Source: Phyllobates terribilis
Lineage: Eukaryota
Direction of reading: 5' to 3'
Length of the DNA stretch: 64,000 nucleotides
NCBI RefSeq assembly: GCF_046119375.1
Contig: NW_027362761.1
Location: 712,690,001-712,754,000 of the forward strand
Positions 37,023 to 49,806 of this stretch are shown one piece after another (position 1 is the stretch's first letter; every line of letters starts with the position of its first letter). The notes below the pieces were generated by a model that did not search any database, was not told the origin of the DNA, and was given only the letters and a program-made list of their open reading frames with translations. Both the position numbers and the translations under genes were made by a program.

Positions 37023-37386
37023 AAGGGTATTCCCATCTCCAAGATCCTATCCCAATATGTAGTAGGTGTAATAATAATAATATTAGCAAATACCTCCAAT
37101 TAGAAATGTAGTATAGTATTTTTGATTCGCTATGTCTCTTTCCTCATGTTCAGGCATTGCAGGACCTTAGGTATCCATGGTTACGTCCACTGATAAAGTG
37201 ACAGTTAGCTAGCTGCTAGTGGTCGTAACCGTGGATACCCAAGGTCCTGCAATGCCTGCACATGAGGTAAGTGGCATAGCGAATCATAAATACTATACTA
37301 CATTTCTAATTGGAAGTATTTGCTAATATTATTATTATTATACCTACTACATATTGGGATAGGATCTTGGAGATGGGAATACCCCT
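37023..37386. mobile_element. T2/Kolobok-type palindromic MITE
   Basis: TTAA TSDs inside the Tc1 codons GAT TTA ACT; a(a)gggtattcccatctccaagatcc inverted ends. Confidence 0.9.
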
Positions 37387-38039
37387 TTAACTGACTCTGA
37401 AAAGTCAAAAATTGTTACAAGCCTTACAGAAGGAGCCAGCAGTATTGAAAGTGCTAAGATATTGATACTGATCACAAAACCATCAAAAGTTTTGTTGCAA
37501 ATAGTCAATAGGGTCGCAAAAAACGAGTTGAGAAAAAAGAAGAGTAATAATTGTCGAAGATTTGAGAAGAATCATAAGTGAAGCGACCAGGAACCCTTCC
37601 AGTGTTGTCATATTCCATAACTTCAACCTTATTGGAGTGACCAGAAGTACAAGGTGTTCAGTGCTTAGAGACATGGCCAAATTAAGGGAGGCTGAATCCC
37701 GACCACCACTGCACAAAACAAGGAAGGTGAAACGTCAAGACTAGGCCAAGAAATATGTGAAGACAGATTTTTCAAAGGTTTTATGGTCTGAGATTTATTT
37801 TTGATGGTCCAGATGGATGGGCCCGTGACTGGATTAGTAACGAGTACAGACACCCACTTCAACTCAGACGCCAGCAAGGTGGAGGTGGGGTACTTCTATG
37901 GGCTGATATATTAAAGATAAGCTAGTTGGAGCTTTTCATAATGAGGGTGGCTTCAAAATCAACTCTCAAACCAACTGCCGGTTTTAAGAAGACACTTTCT
38001 TCAAGCAGTGGTACAGGAAAAAGTCTACATCTTTCAGAA

Positions 38040-38317
38040 GACAGATCCCGGCAGTCGTGTGTAGAAAATTAGTTAATTTAGTCCACATACAGGATAGCTA
38101 CAACATGTTTTAGCCCCTCACGGGCTTTTGTCAATTGTGACAAATGACAAAAGCCCGTGAGGGGCTGAAACATTATGTAGATATCCTATATGTGGAATAA
38201 ATGAACTAATTTTCTACACACGACTGCCGGGATCTGTCTTTTTCATTTGGAACTAATCCTCCACGTGCACCACAACAGGACTAGGGAGTGCCGACTATAC
38301 TATCTTTCCATATTGTG
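38040..38317. mobile_element. Inverted-repeat insertion with 12-bp TSD, probable Penelope-like element remnant
   Basis: TSD CATCTTTCAGAA at 38028 and 38318; ~95-bp inverted arms plus unique tail; tgacaaa-agccc-gtgag-gggct-gaaac motif. Confidence 0.55.
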
Positions 38318-40520
38318 CATCTTTCAGAAAACTATGATTTTTATGCAGGACTATGCTCCACCACATGCATCAAAGTCTATACTGCTTGGCTACCCAGTAA
38401 GGGCCTCAAAAATTAAAGAATAATGACATGGGCCCCCTTCTTCATCTGACCTAAATCCTATTGATAACTTGTGGGCCTTTCTTAAATGGGAGATTTACGG
38501 TGAAGGAAAACAGTACATCTCTCTGAACAGTGTCTGAGAGGTTGTGGTTGGTGCTGCAAAAAGGTGATTATCAACAGATAAAAAAAACTGTCAGATTCCA
38601 TGGCTGGAAGGCTTATGGCTGTTATTGAAAAGAAGAGTGGCTTTATCAGTCCCTGATATTTTAATTTAACCCCTTCACACCGTGGCCATTTTCCGTTTGT
38701 TTTTTTTGCTCCCTTTCTTCTCAGAGCCATACCTTTTTTTATTTTTCTGTCAATATGGTCGTATGAGGGCTTGTTTTTTGCGGGACGAGTTGTACTTTTG
38801 TATGACACCATTCATTCCAGCACAGTGTCGTAGTGTAGATGGAAGGGAAGGAGGGAGTCAACACAATTTTTGTTTTTTTTAGGGAAAATTACTTAAAATA
38901 ACAGAGAGAGAAAAAATTGTACCATGAGGCAGAGGTCTAACTGGAGGAGGGGGTGGAGGTGGAAGGGGGGTAGGGTGATTTTTCGCTTAACTTTGGGGAA
39001 GCAAGAAAATGAAACAAATGCGAAAGAAAAGGTAACCATGGCTGGGTGCAGCTGGTATAATAGGCTAGTCAGCCAAAGGAATGGAGAAGTCCTGTGTGAT
39101 CCACGCCTGATTTATGTTTATGAATGTTAGGTTCCCCATGTTGTCTGTGGACAGGTGGATGCGCCTGCCTGTGATGACACCAACTGCGGTTGCTAAAGAC
39201 ACGCTCTGACGTGACATTTGCTGCAAGGCAGTCCAGCACCTCCAAGGCTTACAAGGCCAGCTTTGGCTATGTGTCCAATGTGGACACCCAATCGTTAAAT
39301 GGGACAGACCCACCAGTTATTATGTGGATATGTGTGGACACGTACTCTTCCACCATGTTAAGGAAACGCTGCCTCTTGCTGATACGGGCAGTATCACATG
39401 GTGGAACCAGATGTTGCGGCACGCCCATAAAGTTTTGCCAAATTGCGACCATGCCTTTTGAGGTGGTGGCGGTGCCACAGCTGTGTTGGCGACTTCCTCT
39501 TCCGCTTCTGACTTGTTGTTCCACTGAGTCGCTGCTGTCATGTGGGTAAGCCATCAGTAGTTTCTCCACCAGTGCGTTCTTGTATTGACGCATTTTTTGA
39601 TCCCGCTCCAGTGACGGAAGCAATGATGCTACGGTGTTTTGTACGGGGGATCCAGCAGGGGGGCCACACAGTAATCTGCACTGGTGACAATACGGGCAAC
39701 TTGGCTGTCATTGCGTAGGCATGGCAGCATATATTGGCTCATGTGTGCCAGGCTGCCCAGAGCAACGTCAAGCTGTCCCCGGTGGCAGGTATATGGTCTT
39801 GATCCTCTGTATCCCCCCCCACCCCAACCACGCTCCAGTGATGCCCGTGAGGTGATCTGAGAGGCACCCTGTTGTGAACATGGCTGTTGTTCCTAATCCT
39901 CCTCCTCATCTTCCAAAACTGTCCCCTGGCTGGACACTTGTGTACATGGCAGCTGCTAGTACAACAACCCACCGAACCATGTGTGGACAACCGGCCTGAT
40001 GACGTTGAAAATGGTCACTGTGCCTCCTGCTCCTCTTCCTCCTGCGCCACTACCTCATGCATCATTGCCTGCAGTGTTGTTTCCAGCAGTCATACAAATG
40101 CTATTGTAGCGCTGATGATGGTGTCATCAGAACTGGCCGTGTTGCTGGAATATTCAAAGCACCGCAAAACACCACACAGGTCCCGCATGGAGGCCCACTC
40201 ATTGGTGGTGAAGTGGGGCTGTTCAGCCAAACAACTCACCAATGCATGCTGTAGCTGGAATTCCACTATTGCCTGCTGCTACTCACACAGCCTCTCCAGC
40301 ATATGCAGAGTGTAGTTCCACCTTGTTGGTATATTGCATATGAGGCGGTGAGCAGGCAGATAGAAGTGGCTCTGCGACACAGACAGGTGAGCAGCAGCAG
40401 GGTGAGAACGCCAAAAGTGCGCACACACTGCCCACACTTTCACCAGCAGATCAGACATATCTGAGTAATATTTGAGGAAGGCCATCACGACCAAATTAAG
40501 CACATGTACCAGGCAAGGTA

Positions 40521-42132
40521 CACTACCGTTCAAAAGTTTGGGGTCATTTAGAAATTTCATTATTTTTGAAAGAAAAGCACATTTTTTTTCAATGAATCTA
40601 ACATTAAATGAATCAGAAATACACTCTATACATTGTTAATGTGGTAAATGACTATTCTAGCTGCAAACCTCTTGTTTTTATTGCAATATCTACATAGGTG
40701 TATAGAGGCCCATTTCCAACAACCACCACTCCAGTGTTTTAATGGTACATTGTGTTTGCTAACTGTGTAAGAAGGCTAATGGATGTTTAGAAAACCCTCG
40801 AAAACCCTTGCACAAGTCTGTTAGCCCAGCTGAAAAAGGTTTGGCTGATTTGAGAAGCTATAAAATTGACCTTCCTTTGAGCTAGCTGAGAATTTGGAGC
40901 ATTACATTTGTTTGTTCTATGAAACTCTCAAAATGGCAAGAAAAAGAGAACTTTCATGTGAAGCTTGACAGTCTATTCTTGTTCTTAGAAATTAAGGCTA
41001 TTCCATGTGAGAAGTTGCCAAGAAACAGAAGATTTCCTACAACGGTGTGTACTACTTACTCCCTTTAGAGGAGAGCACAAACAGGCTCTAATCAGAGTAG
41101 AAAGAGAAGTGGGAGGCCAAGCTGCACAACTGAGCAACAAGACAAGGACATTAGAGTCTCTAGTGTGAGAAATTGACGACTCACATCTCCTCAACTGGCA
41201 GCTTCATTAAATAGTACACGCAAAAAGCCAGTGTCAACGTCTACAGTGAAGATGCAACTCCGGGATGCTGCCCTTCTGGACAAAGTGGCAAAGAAAAAGC
41301 CATATCTGAGACTGGCTGATAAAAGGAAAAGATTAATATGGGCAAAAGAACACAGACATTGGACAGAGGAAGATTGGAAAAAAGTTTTATGGACAGACGA
41401 ATCAAAGTTTGAGGTGTTTGGATCACACAGAAGAACATTTGTGAGACGCAGAACAACTGAAAAGATGCTGGAAGAGTGCCTGACGCCATCTGTCAAGCAA
41501 GGTGGAGGTAATGCGATGGTCTGGGGTTGCTTTGGTGCTGGTAAAGTGAGAGATTTGTACAAGGTAAATGGGATTTTGAATAAGGAAGGCTATCACTCCA
41601 TTTTGCAACGCCATGCCATACCCTGTGGACAGCGCTTGATTGGAGCCAATTTCATCCTACAACAGGACAATGACCCAAAGCACACCTCCAAATTATGCAT
41701 GAACTATTTAGGGAAGAAGCAGGCAGCTGGTATTCTATCTGTAATGGAGTGGCCAGCGCAGTCACCAGATCTCAACCCCATTGAACTCTTGTGGGAGCAG
41801 CTTGACCGTATGGTACGCAAAAAGTGCCCATGAAGCCAATCCAATTTGTGGGAGGGGCTTCATGAAGCATTTCTCAAGATTACCTCAGCAAATTAACAGC
41901 TAGAATGCCAAAGGTCTGCAATGCTGTAATTGCTACAAAGGGAGCATTCTGTGATGAAAGCAAAGCTTGAAGGAGAAAATTATTCTTTCAAATAAAAATC
42001 ATTATTTCTATCCTTGTCAATGTCTGGACTATATTTTCTATTCATTTTGCAACTCATGTGATAAATAAAAGTATGAGTTTTCATGGAAAACACAAAATTG
42101 TCTGGGTGACCCCAAACTTTTGAACGGTAGTG
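40521..42132 (+). mobile_element. Full-length Tc1-superfamily transposon, DD38E (Intruder-type)
   Basis: Perfect 26-bp TIR CACTACCGTTCAAAAGTTTGGGGTCA; TA TSDs at 40519 and 42133. Confidence 0.93.
40933..41970 (+). pseudogene. DD38E transposase, N-terminus disrupted
   Basis: WTDESK, QQDNDPKH, PDLNPIE with 38 residues between D2 and E; stops in the N-terminal part and at 41831. Confidence 0.88.
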
Positions 42133-44779
42133 TATGTTTGTCAGGCCCAGAGCTGCTACCAGATTTCGACCGTTATCGCACACCACCAGGCCAGGTGCAG
42201 AGGTGCAGAGGCAACAACCACTCATCTGTCTGATCTTTGATCCCCGTTCACAGCTTCTGTGTCGTTTGGGATCTGTCCACCAAACAGATCAAGTTTCAAA
42301 ACCGCCTGCTATCGTTTTCTCCTGGCTATGCTCAAGTTGGTGGTGCAGGTCTTACTGTGAGCTGATGATGAGGTGGTGGAGGAAGCGGAGTAGGAGGAAG
42401 AGTCAACCTGGACAGAAGAACATCTGGCAATCCTCGGGTGTGGTAGGACATGCGGTACAACACCTTCCGCCTCTGCCTCAGCCGCCACTACATTGACCCA
42501 GTGGGCAGTTAGGGAGATGTAACATCCCTGGCCATGCTTACTGGTCCACGTATCAATTGTTATGTGGACATTGCTACTGATGGCGTTGCACAGTGCACAA
42601 ATGATTTGTACCACCACTTGTGTGTGCAGGGCAGAATGGACCGCCTGGAAAAGTAGTAGCGGCTGGGAACAAAATACCGTGGGGCAGCCACTGCCATCAG
42701 TTTTTGGAAACTGTCCGTCTCCACCAGTCTGAATGGCAGCATTTCAGAGGCAAATAATTTTGAAATGCTGGAATTCAGGACCGAGGCTCGTGGGTGACTA
42801 TGGGGGAATCTCCTGTTTCTCCTGAGAGTTTGAGGGATGGAGAGCTTAACCCTTCCATGGGACGGTGTGGAAATGCTCAGTGACAGTGGTGGTGGTGTTA
42901 CATCCTGTCTTTGCAGGCAGCCCTATTGATCGTGAGCAGAAGAGGCCGAGACCGCAGCAGAAGAGGGAGCAAGAGGAGGCTCATATCTGTCATGCTTTTT
43001 AAGATGTGTACCCTACTGAAACTCGTGCTTAGACTCCAGATGCCTTATTATTCAAGTGCTACTCAGATTCAGAAGATTTACACCTCGCTTAAGGTTTTTA
43101 CGGCACAGCGCGCAAACCACCTGACGTTTGTCATCAGGACACTGCATAAAAAAATCTCACGTCAGGGAGCTCCTTTGAGCTGGCTTTGGTGTGCTCATTT
43201 CCTTGGCACGGTGGGCAGTAGCAGCCGATGTACTGGCTAGGGGCTGGTCGCTGTGCTTTTCCACCCTACTCCCTCTTTTCCTGTGCTGCTGGGGCAGCGT
43301 GACCACCTCCTCTTCCTCCGGACTGAGAACATCACTATGATGGCCTTCGATCCATATGGGGTCTAGCACCTCATCATCTCCCGCATCATCTTCCACCCAT
43401 TCCGTACACCTGCCCTCCTTGACGGTCGGCACACTGCACAAGGACACAGAAGTTGGCACCTGTGTTTCCTCATCCTTAGAGATACACTGCAGTGGTCTGC
43501 TGACTGTGTGCAGTGGCCCTCCCACGTACTCATCCCCTGAGTGGTTGGCCATCTGTGCACTCAGTCTCTTCCACTTATGGAGCAGGGCCAGGTGGATGGG
43601 CCACAGAATCCCAGCCAGCAGAGTAATCAAACATCAGCAGAGAATGTTGCATGACTTGGGACTCAGACAGTTTGGCAGTTTTGCAAGGACGTGAGGTGCA
43701 AGAATGATGACCATGGTCCTCAGGTGCCAAATCTGCGCTTTCTGCAGCAGAACGGGTGGAAGACAATGGCAAGGAACTGGAGCCACTGTCAACCATCCAA
43801 TCTACCACCTTTTCAGCATCTTGTGGCCTAACCATTATGCCAACATTACTCGGGCCTATGAAAAGATGCGACCGCTCAGCCCTGCATCCAGGAGATACTT
43901 AGCTGTGCCTGAAAACTCAGCTTCAGTGCCGAGCGATTAGGTCAATAAGGTGAGCAGAGTTCATAGCCGATGAACTCCAGTCACCTTACTGACATCAGCG
44001 CTTGTGAGAAAGATCATCACTGAAGCTGAGTTCTCATGTTCAGTTCAGCGTCTCATGGATGCACAGCTGAGCGATCGCAATATGCTACCACTCAGCTATG
44101 CATTCCGATGTAGCAGAGTTGGAGCACGTCATGGGACATATGGATTATCGGCTGACAGGTGAGGGATATGGTGTTTTATTATTTTTAATTTTACAGTAAT
44201 AAATGGGAAAAAGAGGGTGGTGAGTGTTTATTTCAATTAAAGGACTTTACTCTGTCTGTGTCTTTATTACATTTGACTATGGGGTTATTAATGGGGGTGT
44301 CTTATAGACGACTCTCGATTACTAACCCCTGGGCTTGATGTCAGTTGACATCAACCCCACAAATATTACCACACTTGCCACCGCACCAGGGCAAGTGGGA
44401 AGAGCTAGTCGAAGCACAAGAATTGTCGCTTTACCTACGCTGTTTTTTTAAAACAGTGTGCCGGCCAATCACAGCCATGCTAATACTCAACATGGCAGTG
44501 GTTGAGCCAGAAGCGCCCACAGAGGAAAGCTTGTTGATTGCTACACTGCAGCCTTTCAACATGCTATTTGTAAACAAAAAAGGATACAGACGTTCATTTC
44601 CCATATAATATATTTATATCCTTAAAACAGGATGAGGAAACCCCAATTATAATACACTATTTCTCATTCCTCATTCTAGATTAGTAATTAAGTAAAGAGA
44701 TCAAAATACTCAGTAAATCTGCATATTCAAACATCATTTTTATTATTATTATCACAAAACATGCAGACACCCCACAAAA

Positions 44780-46710
44780 TCCCTTATAGCGCTCAGAATA
44801 AAGTGATGCGAAAAAAATATTTTTTCTGCAAAATTGTTTTATTGTGTAAAAGCGCCAAAACATAAAAAAATAAACAGTAAGTGTAGTATCGCTGTAAACG
44901 TACTGACCCGAAGAATAATGCTGCCTTATCGCATTTACCACACGCAGAACGGCATAAAAAAAAAACTCAAAAAACAATTCCTGAATTGTTGGTTTTTGTT
45001 AATTTTACCTCCCAAAAAACGGAATAGAAAGCGATCAACAAATGTCACATACCCAAAAATGGTACCAATAAAAATGTCAACTCGTCCCGCAAAAAAACAA
45101 GCCGTCACATGACTCTGTCGGCCGAAATATGGAAAAATTATAGCTCTCAAAATATGGCGATGCAAAAACTAGATTTTGAAAAAAAAAGCGTCTTTTAGTG
45201 TGACAGCTGTCATTCATAAAAACCCGATATAAATCTGGTATCTCTGTAATAGCACCGACCCAAAGAATAAAGTAATCTCATCACTTATACCGCACGAGGA
45301 ACGGAGTAAAAAATAAATAAAACCAATTCTTCACCTGCTACAGATTTGTTTATTATGTCTCCCAATGTGCTCACCACACATCTAGATAAGTTCCCTAAGG
45401 GGTCTAGTTTACAAAATGGTGTCACTTGTGGGAGGTTTCCACTGTTTAGGCACATTAGGGGCTCCCCAAATGCGACATGGCGTCCGCTAATTATTCAAAC
45501 AAAGTTTACATTCAAAGAGTCAAATGGCGCTCCTTCCCTTCCGAACCCTGCAGTGCGCCCAAACAGTGGTTTTCCCCCACATATGGGGTATCGGCATACT
45601 CAGGAGAAATTGCACAGCAAATTTAATGGTGCAATTTCTCCTGTTACCCTTATGATAATGCAAAATTAGGGGATGAAAAACATTTTTTGTGGGAAAAATG
45701 TGAAAATTTTATTTTTATGGCTCAATATTATAAACTTCTGTGAAGCACCTGGGGGTGCAAGGTGCTCATCACACATCTAGATAAGTTCCCTAGGGGGTCT
45801 AGTTTCCAAAATGGTGTCACTTGTGGGGGGTTTCCACTGTTTAGGCACATCAGGAGCTCTCCAAACGCAACATGGCATCTGCTAATTATTCAAACAAATT
45901 TTACATTCAAAAAGTCTAATGGCGCTCCTTCCCTTCCGAACCCTGCAGTGCGCCCAAACAGTGGTTTTCCCTCACATATGGGGTATCAGCGCGCTCAAGA
46001 GAAATTGCACAAAAAAATTTTGGGGTCCATTTTTTCCTGTTACCCCTGCAAAAATAAAAAAAATTTGGTCTAAAGTAACATTTTTGTGAAAAAAGTTAAA
46101 TGTTCACTTTTTTTCTTCCACATTCCAAAAATTCCTGTGAAGCACCTGAAGGGTTAATAAAGTTCTTGAAAGTGGTTTTGAGCACCTTGAGGGGTGCAGA
46201 TTTTAGAATGGTGTCACTTTTGGGTATTTTCTGTCATAAAGACCCCTCAAAGTGACTTCAAATATGATGTGGTCCCTAAAAAAATGTTTTTGTAAATTTT
46301 GTTAGACAAATGAGAAATCGCTGGTCAACTTTTAACCCTTATAGCTCCCTAACAAAAAAAAATTTGGTTCCAAAATTGTGCTGATGTAAAGTAGACATGT
46401 GGGAAATGTTATTTATTAACTATTTTGTGTGACATATCTCTCTGATTTAAGGGCATGAAAATTCAAAGTTTGAAAATTGCAAAATTTTCAAAATTTTCGC
46501 CAAATTTCCGATTTTGTCACAAATAAACGCAAGTGATATCAAAGAAATTTTACCACTATCATGAAGTACAATATGTCACGAAAAAACAATCTCAGAATCA
46601 GGGGAATCCGTTGAAGCGTTCCAGAGTAATTACTTCATAAAGTGACAGTGGTCAGAATTAAAAAAATTGGCCCGGTCACGAAGGCAAAAACAGGCTCTGG
46701 CGCGAAGTGG
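44780..46710. mobile_element. Long piggyBac-type non-autonomous element with internal ~400-bp tandem duplication
   Basis: Right end ...gaagtgg-TTAA at 46711; duplicated blocks starting near 45368 and 45762; left end uncertain. Confidence 0.6.
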
Positions 46711-47013
46711 TTAAATGTCGCTGTCAAAGTTTGATAGCGGCTCCAGCCACGGCTATTGAAGGCACGTGATCGCTGATTAAATAAGCTGTCATGTGCGGGG
46801 AAAGATGCTGCTAGTGTCACTTATATTTTCTTTTAAAGTATTATTCTCATTTTGACAGATGAAAATAAACAATTGAGAAGGTAAAATTTACATTTTTAAT
46901 TTAGTTGCATAATAATTCTGCACACTGATTGTTGCCTAATAAAGCTGCACATAGATATTCTCTAAGAAAGACAAAACCTCACTATTACTTTATTAAACAT
47001 TCAGGTTTATTAA

Positions 47014-47414
47014 AAGGAATTTGTCAGCAGATTTTTGCTACCTCATCTGAGAGCAGCCTGATGTAGGCAACAAGACCCTGAATCCAAATATGTATCACTT
47101 AGTATACTGGGTGCAGCAGTTCTGACACGGAGTGCTTAGATTTAGCAATGCAGCAAAGCTGAGAAAGCTGACCCTGCCCACACCAGTGTATACAGTCTAT
47201 AGATAGTGAGGTGCTTATCACAGAAGGGGGCAGAGTCGGACTTGCAAACACACAGCCAGTTAGTCACAGCAATGTTAATCACAAATTGATTAAAGCTTCA
47301 CTCTAATAAACCACACCACACAGCCTGACATGTGACACATTGTTGAGTTCAGTATTTAACCCCTATCTCATGCTATCCTCAGTTTACATAGCAAAAACCT
47401 GTGACAGATTCCCT
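47014..47414. mobile_element. T2/Kolobok-type MITE
   Basis: ttaa-aaggaatttgtcagcagattttt / aaaaacctgtgacagattccct-ttca. Confidence 0.75.
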
Positions 47415-47534
47415 TTCACCTTTTTGATTGATTGACAGCACTGTGGGCGTTCAATAATAAAATGAATCATCAAAAATACAAATTGCCTAATAATTGTGCA
47501 CACAGTGTACTTAGTGTTAAATCAAATAGTTTAA

Positions 47535-47678
47535 CCCCTTAAGAACGGAGCCAATTATGTCCTTAATGACTAAGCCAAATTTTACAATTCTGACCACTGT
47601 CACTTTATGAGGTAATAACTCGTTTCAACAGATCCCTATGATTCTGAGATTGTTTTTTCATGACATATTGTTAAGGGG
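47535..47678. mobile_element. 144-bp piggyBac-type mini element
   Basis: TTAA-ccccttaa...ttaagggg-TTAA; interior matches 26940-27050. Confidence 0.85.
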
Positions 47679-48762
47679 TTAATAATGCGACAACAGTGGC
47701 ATTTTTAGAAACAAAGAAGAGTCATCAGAAATTGGTCAAGAAGGTTCGCAGCCTGTTTTATACATTTGGGTATATGTCAACCCTCTATCACATTAGAATG
47801 GTGCATCAGAGTTTCTCTTTCAACACACATTACTTTTAGGTTAGGGTGGCAACCACTGGGCAGGAAATGCACGTTGTCTACAGATCCATTGCAATTTATG
47901 AAATGAGTACTGAGACAGGGTTATTTGTAAATGCATAGTTAGGATTCAGCAGAGGGGTAGAGAAGGCAAAACACATCTGAGTGAGCCCCTAATCTAGGTA
48001 ACCATGTATAGAACTACTGTGGCACACCCTAAAGGCTCACTCACACCACCGCAATTTCTGTCAGAGTGCGTTTTGACAAAACATCGGACCACACTCGAAC
48101 CAATGTTATTCTATGGGGCTGCGCAATTGTCTGATATTTTCCTCTGGCTGAGCATTGCACTCGGCCACGCAAGTCAATGAGTCCGTGGAAATCATCGTGC
48201 TGCAATCGGAAGACATTTGAGTGCAATTCAATTTCTGCGAACTGACAGAATGGAGAAGCTGTAGAAAAGAAGATTTTTGTGTACTCACCGTAAAATCTCT
48301 TTCTCTTAGCCTCTAATTGGGGGACCTTGGGTGTATGCTGTTTGTCCAGTAGGAGGCGACACTAGGCTTAAACTGAAAAAGATTAACTGGTGGCTCCTCC
48401 TCTGCAGTATACACCACCTGAGGGCGTCAGCCATCTTCAGTTTTGTGCAAAAGCAGTAGGAGGAACGTAATATGGATAACATAAATATGCCTATAAGGCA
48501 ACAACTATGCATAAACATGCCTATAAGGCAACTATGTACGAGCTCAAGAAAAAAAAACACCAATATGAGAACTCAACAGCCCGACACGGGCAACAGGGTG
48601 GGAACTGTGTCCCCCAATTAGAGGCTAAGAGAAAGAGATTTTACGGTGAGTACACAAAAATCTCCTTTACTCTGTCGCCTCATTGGGGGACACAGGACCA
48701 TGGGACGTCCAAAAGCAGTCCCTGGGTGGGAAGCAATGGACTGATATTGTGTAGACAGGCCT

Positions 48763-49806
48763 CTATTGTTGGGGCACTGCCGCCTGCAGGATACGTCTAC
48801 CCAGGCTCGCATCTGCCGAGGATTGGGTATGAACGCTGTAGTGCTTGGTAAAAGTGTGTAGACTAGATCAGGTGGCTGCCTTACACACTTGTTGCGCCGA
48901 AGCCTGGTGCCGAATGGACCAGGAGGCCCCTACCGCACGTGTAGAATGTGCCGTAATACCTGCTGGAAGAGGAGAATTTTTGAGGCGGTAAGCCTCTTGT
49001 ATGGTGGATTTGATCCACCTAGCAAGGGTAGCTTTGGAAGCTGGTAGACCCTTGCGGCCGCCTTCCAGAAGAATGAAGAGAGAATCAGACTTCCGGAAGG
49101 GCGCAGTCCTAGACACACAGGTACGTAACGCTCTGACAAGGTCAAGCGTATGCAGAGCCTTTTCCACTCTATGAACCGGGACCGGACAGAGGGATGGCAG
49201 TGAAATTTCCTCATTGAGGTGGAAGTCGGATACAACCTTCAGAAGGAAGGATTGAACCGTACGGAGAACTACCTTGTCCTGGTAAAAAGCCAGGAAGGGT
49301 TGTCTGCAGGAGAGTGCTGTGAGTTCAGACACCCTGCGTGGCGAGGTGATTGCCACTAGGAAAACCACCTTCTGGGATAGAAGGCGGAGTGGAACTTCCC
49401 TAAGGGGTTCAAAAGGTGTTTCCTGCAATGCTGTCAGCACTACGTTAAGATCCCACGTGTCTAGGGGTCTTCTGTAGGGGGGAACCAATCGGGAAACCCC
49501 CTGAAGAAAAGTCTTTACTTGCTGCTTGTTAGCAATGCGCGTCTGAAAAAGCACAGAGAGAGCTGACACCTGGCTCTTAAGAGAGCCCAGAGACAGATTG
49601 GCCTCCAGACCCGATTGTGGAAACCCAAGTACCCTGGGAAGGGAATAAGGTAAAGGGGTCTGGTCACGAGAATCGCACCAGGTAAAGAAGGCTTTCCAGG
49701 TACGGTAATAGATCTTAGCAGAGTTTGGCTTCCTTGCTCTGATCATAGTTTTAATGACGTCAGGCGAGAACCCTGACTTGGTTAAAATCCAGGTCTCAAT
49801 GGCCAT
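48763..49806 (-). pseudogene. DIRS tyrosine recombinase (~347 codons), one in-frame stop
   Basis: SPRRVSEL, HSTR, FTKHY; TGA at 48868-48870 where a Trp is expected. Confidence 0.88.

Larger units (their letters stand above)
36956..38657 (+). mobile_element. Degenerate Tc1-like element related to the DD37E type, with two nested insertions
   Basis: caaggtgtgcagaattattaggca end; transposase remnants MRQKRDLTDSEK, RRQQGGGG, FMQDYAP, DLNPIDNLW. Confidence 0.75.
39090..43900 (-). pseudogene. Decayed, near full-length hAT transposase (BED finger, DDE core, dimerization domain), interrupted by Tc1
   Basis: MLPFRLVETDSF, HITIDTWTS, VVCDNGRNL, PCLVHVLNL, PTRWN, LSTDN..LTFI.INQAWI; many stops and frameshifts. 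Confidence 0.87.
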
